This document shows positions 36,534 to 46,200 of a stretch of DNA of 64,000 nucleotides, in pieces; within the stretch, counting starts at the first letter, position 1, and each line of letters opens with the position of its first letter. This stretch comes from a virus (taxonomy: Duplodnaviria; Caudoviricetes). The stretch covers positions 5,232-69,231 of the IMG/VR virus record IMGVR_UViG_2833400001_000001; one strand, 5' to 3'. The notes under the pieces are model-generated. The model was not told the origin of the DNA. It worked only from the letters and a program-made list of their open reading frames with translations, and made no database searches. Position numbers and translations under genes: made by a program.

Positions 36534-37388
36534 ATGTCTAATATTATTACAGCCGATTTCAACGGCATTCAAGTTTTCTTCCAAGATGATGCTTATTTAA
36601 ATGCAACGGCGATCGCAAAACATTTTAATAAAGTTCCTGTTGAATGGTTACGCCTTGAAACTACGCAACAATATATTGATCTACTTAGCAAAAAATTAAA
36701 TATGGGAAAATCCCATATTTTAAAAACCACTCGTGGCGTAAATGGTGGAACGTGGCTACACCGTCGTTTAGCCGTTCCATTTGCTCGGTGGTTAAATGTT
36801 GAATTTGCAATTTGGTGTGATGAACAAATTGAGAAAATTTTACTTAATCAAGGAGCAAATAATCCAACCACCACAGATGACCGCACAGGTTTACGCAATG
36901 CAGTAAATATGTTAGTGAGTAAAAAGGGGCTGCTTTACAATGAAGCTTATAACCTCGTTCATCACTACATGAATGTGAATAGCATTGATGAAATTTCAAA
37001 AGAGGATTTACCGAGAGCAGTTGAGTATGTACATAAAATTGTGCTTGAGGGAGAACTGATTGTTGAACAACATAAAATCGAAAATTTTACTTTGACGGCA
37101 GATGATGTTGTTGATCTAGCTTGGTGTTTATTTTCTGCGAAACAACAAAACGATTTATTACAAAGACTAGTTAAACCGCTTGATGAAATTAAATCAGGTT
37201 ATTCATCTCAAGTTTATACGTTTGCTAGTGAATATCGCCATTGTTGGCAAATACCGTTTCCAATTTTAGATAAATTGGTTGCGTTAATAGACAAAAGTGC
37301 ATCAAGTGTGAACTATGAACGTATTGTGATGCACTTTAATAGCATAAGAAATGAAATAAACAAACCAGCTTATTTATTCTGTAAGTAA
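36534..37388 (+). CDS. Antirepressor (KilA-N + ORF6C-like domains)
   Basis: YLNATAIAKHF, GGTWLH, FAIWCD; RTGLRNAV...AYNLVH. Confidence 0.85.
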   Translation: MSNIITADFNGIQVFFQDDAYLNATAIAKHFNKVPVEWLRLETTQQYIDLLSKKLNMGKSHILKTTRGVNGGTWLHRRLAVPFARWLNVEFAIWCDEQIEKILLNQGANNPTTTDDRTGLRNAVNMLVSKKGLLYNEAYNLVHHYMNVNSIDEISKEDLPRAVEYVHKIVLEGELIVEQHKIENFTLTADDVVDLAWCLFSAKQQNDLLQRLVKPLDEIKSGYSSQVYTFASEYRHCWQIPFPILDKLVALIDKSASSVNYERIVMHFNSIRNEINKPAYLFCK

Positions 37389-37391
37389 AAA

Positions 37392-37473
37392 TTGACTAGT
37401 GTAAAAAATTGCATTAGAATTTCTCATAATAGCCAAAGTGTAATTTATTTGCATTTTGGCTTTTTTATTGGAG
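37392..37473 (+). promoter_or_regulatory. Late promoter + terminator (pR'/tR'-like), copy 1
   Basis: TTGACT-17-TAGAAT, then hairpin AGCCAAAGTGTAA/TTGCATTTTGGCT and T-run; repeated at 50529. Confidence 0.8.
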
Positions 37474-37538
37474 TTTTAACCTCAACAGCTTTTAGTTGTT
37501 GGGGTTTTTTATTGCCTCAAAAACAAGGAGGCTGAGGA

Positions 37539-37766
37539 ATGAAAATGTTTAAAGATATGCCGGTTGAATCTCAAGTATATGGTTGGCTTACAGCTTTTTT
37601 TGGTGCGCTAACAATCAGTGAGTGGGCGGTCTTAATAGGGATTATCGTAACAGTGGCAGGTTATTTACGAGAAAGTCGTTACAAAAAGCGCATGTTAGAA
37701 CTTGAAGAGATTAAAGCTGGCGTTAGAGATACATCCGGGAAATTAATTAACAATGAAAATCGCTAA
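37539..37766 (+). CDS. Holin (HP1-type)
   Basis: 75 aa with TM segment, first gene of lysis cassette. Confidence 0.8.
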   Translation: MKMFKDMPVESQVYGWLTAFFGALTISEWAVLIGIIVTVAGYLRESRYKKRMLELEEIKAGVRDTSGKLINNENR

Positions 37767-38271
37767 GAAATTAATTGTTTGCTCTGTTGCTACAGTAATT
37801 GGGATAGTTATTACTCAACACTCAGATGAATTACGTACATCAAAAGCCGGGATGGAGGTGATTGGCAATGCTGAGGGGTGTATTAAAAATCCTTACCGGT
37901 GTCCGAATGACGTTTTAACCGTTGGTATCGGTTCAACAGAAGCGAGCGGACAGAAAATTGAGCAGAAAATTTACTCGTTAGATGAAATCGCTAAGCGATG
38001 GGTAAACGACATTAAAATCGCTGAGCAATGTGTTAATCGTTACGCTAACGGTCAAGCGATGCCACAAGGTGCTTTTGACGCACTTACATCAATCACGTTC
38101 AATGTAGGCTGCACAACACTAAAAAACTCAACGCTTTTTAAACTAGCTCGCAACGGTTACACGCCGCAAATGTGCGATCAATTTAGTAGATGGGTTTATG
38201 CCGGCGGACAAAAGCTTAACGGATTAATTATTAGGCGAGAGAAAGAGAAACAATTATGTTTAGCACGCTAA
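37753..38271 (+). CDS. SAR-type endolysin (GH24 lysozyme)
   Basis: N-terminal hydrophobic anchor; EGC...YRCPNDVLTVGIGST; RWVYAGG..LNGL..RR. Confidence 0.9.
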   Translation: MKIAKKLIVCSVATVIGIVITQHSDELRTSKAGMEVIGNAEGCIKNPYRCPNDVLTVGIGSTEASGQKIEQKIYSLDEIAKRWVNDIKIAEQCVNRYANGQAMPQGAFDALTSITFNVGCTTLKNSTLFKLARNGYTPQMCDQFSRWVYAGGQKLNGLIIRREKEKQLCLAR

Positions 38272-38579
38272 CAAAGATACTCGTTATCGCAATTTTAGGC
38301 TTGAGCATATTGTCATGGGTTCAGTTTCAGAAATTAAGTAGCTTAAAAGCCGAGAACAACGCTCAAGCTCAAATCATCACACAGCAAAGCAATTCAATTA
38401 AACAGCTCAACGCAGACATTATCAAAAACACTCAAATCTTAAACGAACTCACAAAGCAAGAATCACTAATGAGGGAAACAGCTAATGAAACGATTGAATC
38501 TATCTCAACAGAAGAAAAAAATAATGACTGTTATCGCAACAACGCTCCTCGCTCTGTTATTAACTTCTTGCAGCAGTAA
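38256..38579 (+). CDS. Rz-like inner spanin (DUF2570-like)
   Basis: N-terminal TM followed by coiled coil; after endolysin. Confidence 0.75.
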   Translation: MFSTLTKILVIAILGLSILSWVQFQKLSSLKAENNAQAQIITQQSNSIKQLNADIIKNTQILNELTKQESLMRETANETIESISTEEKNNDCYRNNAPRSVINFLQQ

Positions 38580-38766
38580 ACCAATTCAGTGCGCTTGTTC
38601 TCCTGTTCCGCTTGCTTATTTAACCTATCTCGATAAAACCACTTTTAAAGGCCAAAGCTATGGTGATGTAGCTAAATACGCTGTCATTTTAAAGCGTGAA
38701 CGTGATATTTGCCTCAATCGTATCGACCGTATCAGAGAGTGGCAAGCGGAGAAAATGCAGAAGTAA
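38524..38766 (+). CDS. Rz1-like outer spanin lipoprotein
   Basis: Lipobox LLTSC; overlaps Rz 3' end in another frame. Confidence 0.75.
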   Translation: MTVIATTLLALLLTSCSSKPIQCACSPVPLAYLTYLDKTTFKGQSYGDVAKYAVILKRERDICLNRIDRIREWQAEKMQK

Positions 38767-38768
38767 TT

Positions 38769-39497
38769 ATGGCAAGAGTAAACTGGCAAGCCTTACAGAT
38801 TGAGTATGTTAAAGCTTATGCAAAAACAGGAGTATCTGTACAAGAGTGGTGTAGAAAGAAAGGACTTAATTTTGCTACAGCAAAACGCTATATCAAAAAG
38901 CCAGACACATTGTTTAACGGTAACAAAAACTGCGAAACTCAAGATATAAATTGCGAAACAGAAAATCAAGATAAATCAGTAGGTTACGAAGAAAACTGCG
39001 AAACAAACTGCGAAACGAATTGCGAAACTGCGAAACCGTTATCTAAAACTGCGAAAGATGGAAAAGGATTGTTTGTTTCTGGAAACAATTTAGCAGTAAA
39101 ACATGGTGGATATGCTCGTTATTTTAGAGATAAGTCCACCTTTGAACAAGTTGCCGATTTCGGCTTAAAAGATGAAATTGATTTAATGCGCCAACGTGCA
39201 GTAGCGGCAATACAAAGCATTGAACAATTTAAAGCTGATTTACAGACAGCAGTAGATAAAAAAGAGCGATTAGCGTTACTTGAGTTAATTGAATCTGCTG
39301 AGGCAGCGTTAGATCGTGCAGTTGGGCGAGTACAAAGCTTAAACAGCGCTGATGCTTCAATCCAGCTAATGTTAGAAACAATCGAGTATCGTAAAGCACA
39401 AACAAAAGAAACATTGCTCAAAGCGGATAAGTTAGCACAAGAGCTAAATATCAAAGCGAACGGCAATAACACAATTCAATTTTTGGATGATTTCTAA
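38769..39497 (+). CDS. Terminase small subunit
   Basis: N-terminal HTH, GNNLAVKHGGY motif; abuts large subunit. Confidence 0.8.
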   Translation: MARVNWQALQIEYVKAYAKTGVSVQEWCRKKGLNFATAKRYIKKPDTLFNGNKNCETQDINCETENQDKSVGYEENCETNCETNCETAKPLSKTAKDGKGLFVSGNNLAVKHGGYARYFRDKSTFEQVADFGLKDEIDLMRQRAVAAIQSIEQFKADLQTAVDKKERLALLELIESAEAALDRAVGRVQSLNSADASIQLMLETIEYRKAQTKETLLKADKLAQELNIKANGNNTIQFLDDF

Positions 39498-41047
39498 TGC
39501 GTATTATCTATCGTGCTTCACCTACATTTAAACAAGTACACCGTTCTAATGCGTTAGTAAAAGCTATTCGCGGGCCTATCGGCAGTGGTAAATCCGTTGG
39601 CTGTGTAAAAGAGATGTGGCGGATCTGTTTAAATCAAGAGCCAAACGCACAAGGGATTAGACAAACTCGTTGGGCGTGTATCAGAAATACTTACCCGGAA
39701 TTAAAACAAACGGTAATCAAAACTTTTCAAACGTGGATACCTCAAGAAGTTTGTCCTATCACTTACGGCAGTCCGATTACCGGAAAACTGAATATTCCAC
39801 ACCCCGATGGACAGACGAGAGTAGAAACGGAATTTTTGTTTTTATCAATGGATAAGCCAAAAGACGTAAAGAAGTTGATGTCACTAGAATTGACTGGCGT
39901 TTGGATCAATGAAGGGCAATTTATGCCACTTGATTTAGTGATGGAAGCATTAACCCGGACAGGGCGTTATCCACCAAAAGTAAGAGAAGAAAACTTTGAT
40001 GGCGCAACATGGAATGGCATGTTGATTGATACCAACTCTCCTGATGACGATCACTGGTGGTATCAGTTTGAACAGGGTGTAGATGAAGAAACAGGGATAC
40101 CTTTCAAGCCTAAAGGTTGGGATTTTTTTATTCAACCTGGCGCGCTAATTGATATTACAAATATCAAGGAAGAGAGCTTATCACAAGAAGAAAAAGTGAT
40201 GTTTGAAAAAGGATTGCACTCTGATTATTTAGGGCATCGCTTTTTAGCTAATCCGCTTGCTGAAAATGTCGAAAATCACAAAAAAGAATATGGTTATTGG
40301 TTTGACAACATTCAGGGGCAAACACTTAACTGGATTAAATCAAGAGTTTGCAACGAGTTTGCAACGATACAATACGGAAAACCTGTGTTTATGGATCATT
40401 TTAATAAAGCACTGCATGTATCAAAAGATAAATTGCTGCCGGTAAAAGGCTGGCCAACTTATATTGGCTTGGATTTTGGTTTAACACCTGCAGCCATTGT
40501 TGGACAAATTACACCGTTTGGGCAGCTAAGAATCACTGATGAGGTGATAGCAACAGGAATGGGGATTGAGCGATTCGTGCAAGAGCAGCTTATTCCGTTG
40601 ATCAAGGCAAAATATCAAGAGTGCGATAATATCCAAGTAATTGGCGATCCTGCTGGTGTTCAACGTGCGCAAACGGATGAAAAAACGTGTTTCCAAATTC
40701 TTTATGAAAACGGTTTTAATGCAATGCCGGCAAGCAGTAATTCTACAACAGCGAGGTTAGAAGCGGTTCGCTGGTGGCTATCTCGTTTAGTTGGAAAAGG
40801 ACAACCGGCAATGTTAATTAGTCCACATTGCAAAGTATTAATTAAGGGCTATGAAACTGGCTACGCTTATAAAAAACTGAATGTGGCTGGTGATGATAAA
40901 TACACAGATAACCCGGATAAAAACCGTTATTCACACCCTCATGATGCAAATCAATATTTATGTCTGAACACCATGCCAGACAAGATCAGAGAACAAATTA
41001 TCAATATTCAATCGCATTCTCCACTAAGCGCTAGAACAGGATATTAA
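39497..41047 (+). CDS. Terminase large subunit
   Basis: GPIGSGKS, WINE, GLDFG, HPHDA motifs. Confidence 0.9.
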   Translation: MRIIYRASPTFKQVHRSNALVKAIRGPIGSGKSVGCVKEMWRICLNQEPNAQGIRQTRWACIRNTYPELKQTVIKTFQTWIPQEVCPITYGSPITGKLNIPHPDGQTRVETEFLFLSMDKPKDVKKLMSLELTGVWINEGQFMPLDLVMEALTRTGRYPPKVREENFDGATWNGMLIDTNSPDDDHWWYQFEQGVDEETGIPFKPKGWDFFIQPGALIDITNIKEESLSQEEKVMFEKGLHSDYLGHRFLANPLAENVENHKKEYGYWFDNIQGQTLNWIKSRVCNEFATIQYGKPVFMDHFNKALHVSKDKLLPVKGWPTYIGLDFGLTPAAIVGQITPFGQLRITDEVIATGMGIERFVQEQLIPLIKAKYQECDNIQVIGDPAGVQRAQTDEKTCFQILYENGFNAMPASSNSTTARLEAVRWWLSRLVGKGQPAMLISPHCKVLIKGYETGYAYKKLNVAGDDKYTDNPDKNRYSHPHDANQYLCLNTMPDKIREQIINIQSHSPLSARTGY

Positions 41048-41049
41048 TT

Positions 41050-43206
41050 ATGGCAGAAGCAAAAACATTAGATGGCTTTGGCAGTGAGTTACAAGGCTTA
41101 CTGTATGAACAAATGAAACAACGTCAACCAATTACTGAGCGTTGGGTTAGTGATATGTATCAATATCGTAATCAGTACGAAAGCGGTACAAAAGCAAACG
41201 GATCACAAGTCTTTGTTGGCTATACGCGCAGTAAAACGGATGCGTGGACAGCTCAAATGACAGATATGTTATTTCCATCTGATGATAAAAACTACGGCAT
41301 TCAGCCCACACCAATCCCTGAAATCGCAACACTTGCAAAACAGCAAGCAGAAACACCCGATGTTATAATGGCAAGACAGTTAATGCAACAAGCCAAAGAA
41401 AGTGCTGAAGCTATGGAGAAATTAATTGACGATCAGTTGCTCGAATGTGATTACGCTGCTGAAGCAAGATTATGTTTACATTATGCGGCGGTATTGGGTA
41501 CAGGAATTTTGCGAGCGCCGATTGTTGAATTAAAAGAAAAACGCTATTACCAACAAACGCCGAATGGTGAATGGCAGGCGCAGACAGAAAGTTATATTGC
41601 ACCAACAGCTAAAGCAATATTGCCATGGGATTTTGTGCCAGATATGTCAGCACCAACATTAAAAGACTGTTTGTTTGTGTTTGAGCGTAATGCGGTAACA
41701 AAAAGAGAGTTACAAAATCTTGCTAAACATCCTTACTACTTAAAAGATAATGTATTGCAACTCTTAGAATCTGAGGCATCAGAAACGCATAACAGCAGTA
41801 GTGATTTATCGTCATATAACGATACATTGCGTGAGTTATCTGGTTTAGAAAAGGTCGTAAATGATAAGCGATACGAGTTATGGACATATCATGGGAATAT
41901 TCCTGTTTCATTAATCGAGCAAGCAAACCAACAGTTAGCAGATAGCTATAAGATTGAACTAACAGAAGAACAGCAACAATTAGAAGAAATTAATGGCGTT
42001 GTGGTGATGTCAGGTAACGGCAAAATTATTAGCGTAAATGTGAGTCCGTTAGATTTAGATGATTTCCCTTACTCGGTGTATGTTTGTGAACCTGATGCAG
42101 CTTGCTTATTTGGCTTTGGCATTCCTTATCTTTGCCGAGATGCGCAAGAAATCCTTAATACAGCGTGGCGAGGAATGATTGATAACGGCGTATTGACGAT
42201 TGGCGATCAAGTTGTTGTCAATAAGTCTGTATTAGAGCCGGCTGATAAAGATTGGAATATTAAGCCTAATAAAGTTTGGACTACCACAGGCGGAGCTGGT
42301 GTGGCTGCACAAGTCGAAGCACAACGAGCATTTGGGGTATTTTCGTTTCAATCTCGACAAGCAGAATTTGCTAACATCATTCAAATGTCAAAGGCATTCA
42401 TGGATGAGGAAAGCGGTTTACCGATGATTGCTCAAGGGGAACAAGGGCAAGTGACACCAACACTTGGTGGAATGTCTATGTTAATGAACGCGGCCAACGC
42501 AGTACGTCGCAGACAAGTAAAAGAATGGGATGATTCTGTTACCAAACCGCTTATCAGACGATTTTACGAATATAACATGCAGTTTAGTGACGACCCTAAA
42601 GTGAAAGGCGATATGCAAATTATTGCGCGCGGCACTTCTGCTTTGTTGGTCAAAGAAACGCAAACAGCACAGATTATTGACTTGCTAGACCGTTTTGGGC
42701 AACACCCAGAATTAAGCCAGGCTTTTGATTGGTATGATGGCTTACGAACATTGATGCAATCTATGTCGATGGGGGCTAAAAATATGCTTATCCCTCGTGA
42801 GGAATATGAACAGAAACTACAACAAATGCAGCAAGCACAAGCACAGCAACCGCAAGACCCTGCAATAATGAAAGCACAAATGGAAATGCAGTTAGCGCAA
42901 CAGAAACAGCAACATGAACTACAAATTGCACAATTGAAGCTTGAATCTGAGCTGAAAATTGAGCAAATGAAAGTAGCAATCAAAGAAAAAGAACTTGAGA
43001 TCAAACTAATGGAAATCCAGGCAAATCAACAACACTCTCAACAAAAATTGCAGGTAGATAAAGAGCTAAATCAAGCTAAGCTGACTGCTGATTTGCAACT
43101 CAATACCGGTAAACAAGCGATCGAAATGCAGAAATTTAAAACAGAGGTTGCATTAAAGAACCAACCAACCACTAACCCAACAGGTAACTACGGGTTAGAA
43201 CAGTAA
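41050..43206 (+). CDS. Portal protein with coiled-coil barrel tail
   Basis: 718 aa after TerL; Gln-rich C-terminus as in podovirus portals. Confidence 0.85.
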   Translation: MAEAKTLDGFGSELQGLLYEQMKQRQPITERWVSDMYQYRNQYESGTKANGSQVFVGYTRSKTDAWTAQMTDMLFPSDDKNYGIQPTPIPEIATLAKQQAETPDVIMARQLMQQAKESAEAMEKLIDDQLLECDYAAEARLCLHYAAVLGTGILRAPIVELKEKRYYQQTPNGEWQAQTESYIAPTAKAILPWDFVPDMSAPTLKDCLFVFERNAVTKRELQNLAKHPYYLKDNVLQLLESEASETHNSSSDLSSYNDTLRELSGLEKVVNDKRYELWTYHGNIPVSLIEQANQQLADSYKIELTEEQQQLEEINGVVVMSGNGKIISVNVSPLDLDDFPYSVYVCEPDAACLFGFGIPYLCRDAQEILNTAWRGMIDNGVLTIGDQVVVNKSVLEPADKDWNIKPNKVWTTTGGAGVAAQVEAQRAFGVFSFQSRQAEFANIIQMSKAFMDEESGLPMIAQGEQGQVTPTLGGMSMLMNAANAVRRRQVKEWDDSVTKPLIRRFYEYNMQFSDDPKVKGDMQIIARGTSALLVKETQTAQIIDLLDRFGQHPELSQAFDWYDGLRTLMQSMSMGAKNMLIPREEYEQKLQQMQQAQAQQPQDPAIMKAQMEMQLAQQKQQHELQIAQLKLESELKIEQMKVAIKEKELEIKLMEIQANQQHSQQKLQVDKELNQAKLTADLQLNTGKQAIEMQKFKTEVALKNQPTTNPTGNYGLEQ

Positions 43207-43272
43207 TTAACAGAACACAAAGATAACCGCCTTAACTGGCGGTTTTTTTATGCCTAAATCAAGGGGAATAGC

Positions 43273-46200
43273 ATGAGTACAATTTACTTAAGTGATGCAA
43301 CACGCAAGCGTTTATCAGAAACCGCCTATGGTGGAAAAAACAAAGAAGATGAAGCTGCGTCTTATCTTGGCGCAATGACAGCTACTTATGAACAGCCGAA
43401 AGAGCAACAAGGTGTAATTGGCGATACGATTGACGCATTTGAAATGGGTCTTGGTAGAGGAGCTAGCGATTTAAGTCGTTTAGTTGCAATTGGGGCAAAC
43501 AAACTCGGTTTTGATAGTGTAGAAAGCTGGTTCAATAAAGCGGCTGATGCCTCTGCTCAATATGCTGATGAGCAAATGAATGAAATGTCAGATGAGATGA
43601 AAGCTGCTCTAAAACAAGATGTAACTGACGATCCCACTGCACTTATGAATATTCGTTGGTGGGCAGGGAACTTAGGAGCCGTATTAGGTAGTGAATTAGA
43701 TACAGTGCTTGTCACAATAGGTACGTTCGGTGCTGGTTCAGCTGCTTATGCTGGAACAAAAACTGCCGCAAAACAGGGTTTAAAGCAAGTCTTTAAGAAA
43801 GAATTAGCGAATAAAGTTGGCGAAGTAGCTGTCAATGAAGCATTAAAGAGAGGAGCAAGTAAGCAATTAGCAAGAGTCGCTGGTGTTACTGCTGTTCAGT
43901 CTGCAATGATGGCTGGTTCACGTGCGAATCAAATCAGAGATGAAATGTTAAATCTTTCTGATGATGAGTTGGCTAATAATGAGCAATTCCAACAAGTTTA
44001 CAATGACTTGTACAACACTGAAGAAGGAATGGGATTAAGCATTGATGAGCGATTTGAGGTTGCAAAAAACAACTTTATCGCAAAAGCGGCAAGAGAAGCT
44101 GCATTTAATCCAGTTTCAGTATTAAGCGATTTAGCAACAAATGCTGTTAGCGGTCTTGGTGGTGGCTTTATGGGGGTTGGTAAAGCCTCAAAAAACGTTG
44201 TAGATGGATTAAAAAAAGGGGCATTAAAAGAGAGTGTTACTGAAGCAATACAAGAGGTTACTGATCAATATTCTGTTAATACTACTGCAAAAGATTATTA
44301 CGATCCAAATCGAGATGTAACAGAGGGAATGGCGAGCAATGCCATTCAGGGAGCGATTTTAGGGGCGGCATTTGGTGCACCGACAGGCGCATTAGATGTT
44401 TACAACGATAGACGTGTACTCAATAAAGCGAAGAAAGAATTTTTAAAATTTAAGTCAACAGGCAATGAAACAGTAGATGAGTCATTACGCAGCTATGTTG
44501 ATATGGTAAATTCACAAGCGAATGACCTCGAAGATCTTATTTCGCAAAGTCGCTTTAATGCCCATTATGTTATTGCACAAAAAGAAGCAAGAGCGGCAAA
44601 TATTATGGCTCAAGACGCTTCACAAGCTAATTTAGGAACTAACGAAGTTGAGATACAAAATACTAGTCCAGCTGAAGATGATGTTGTTGATGTAAATAAT
44701 GATCAATCAAGTAATCAAGAAGATGTTATAGACCAGAATAATATTGCCGCAACACAAGATACACCAACAGAAAATACAGTAAGTTTCTTAACAGACAATG
44801 ATTTGTCTAAGTTGTTTACTCACAATGCAAAATTAGCAAATAAGATTGCTGATTTACAAGATAGACTAGAAGATCCGACTATTTCAGATGTAGATAAACA
44901 AGGATTACAAGCTGAACTTAATTCTCATATCAATGAAACAAAAGATTTCTTTAATCCACCATTTTCTTTCGAGAAAACGCAATTAGATGACATTGCCAAA
45001 GTTAATCCTCAACTAGCTAAAGATTTAACAGCAACACAATCTATTATTACTAATAAGTTAGCACATCCAAGAATTAAGAAAGCGGCGGAACAGCAGTTTT
45101 CAACTTTGCTAGATCAGGTTAAACAAGGAAATTTTGTTAAGTTTAATGACTTACAAAGAAAACAATTGGAACAGCGCCAACAAGAGATAAATAAACAAAT
45201 TACACCAGATCAAAATCCAAAATTAAGCAATGATGAACAAATTGATTTTGTTGAACAACAGCTTTATGACGACCAATTTACCCCAGAACAACATATAGAG
45301 CCTTACAGCGAAGTTAGGTTTAGCCGTTCACAGCATAATACACTAACCGAACAAGCTTACAATCAAGCAAAAGCAGAGGGTAGAACAGAGCTGGATTTTA
45401 ATCAATGGAAACAGGTTCGCACACCAGAGTTTAAAGCTTGGTTTGGTGATTGGGAAAACGACCCAAAAAATGCAAGTAAAGTGATTAATCCTAGAACCGG
45501 CGAGCCATTGGTAGTGTATCATGGTAGTAATAATTATGAGGAAACTCGCAAATGGAATGATAAACAAAAGTATTATGAAACAGAATATCAACCGTTTAAC
45601 ATATTTAAGCGTAATGTTGATGGATTAGAAAACCAAGGACATTTCTTCAATAGTGATAAAGATAATGCGTTTGGTTATGGTGTCAATGAGTACCATACTT
45701 ATTTAAATCTAAAAAATCCGCTTATTATTGATGCAAAGAGCAGTCATTATAGCGCCATTAAACATAAGCGTAATATAAAAGATACGTATGATTGGGCAAA
45801 ATATGCTGAAAATAAAGGTTATGATGGTGTTATCTTTGAAAATGTTAGAGATGGGGCTGATTTTTCCGCTCTAGATAATGATACAAATAATTTTGTTGCG
45901 TTTGCTTCCAATCAAATAAAATCAGCAACAGATAATATCGGCACATTTGATCCAAATAATAATGATATTCGCTACTCTCGTAAAGGTAATGTCAATCGTC
46001 CTAAATCAGAAAGCTTAGAGAAGCTACGCAACGCAGAGAGTATTCACATATCAGGTAATGATATTGAGCCAAGTGCGGATTTAAAACAATATAAACGTAA
46101 TGCGTTAAATTATGGAAAACTGCTTCGAGGTAGTTATATCAATAAAGACACTGGGCAAGAGATTACTCTTGGGCGTGCAGGGGTGCAAGAGGTGTTACGA

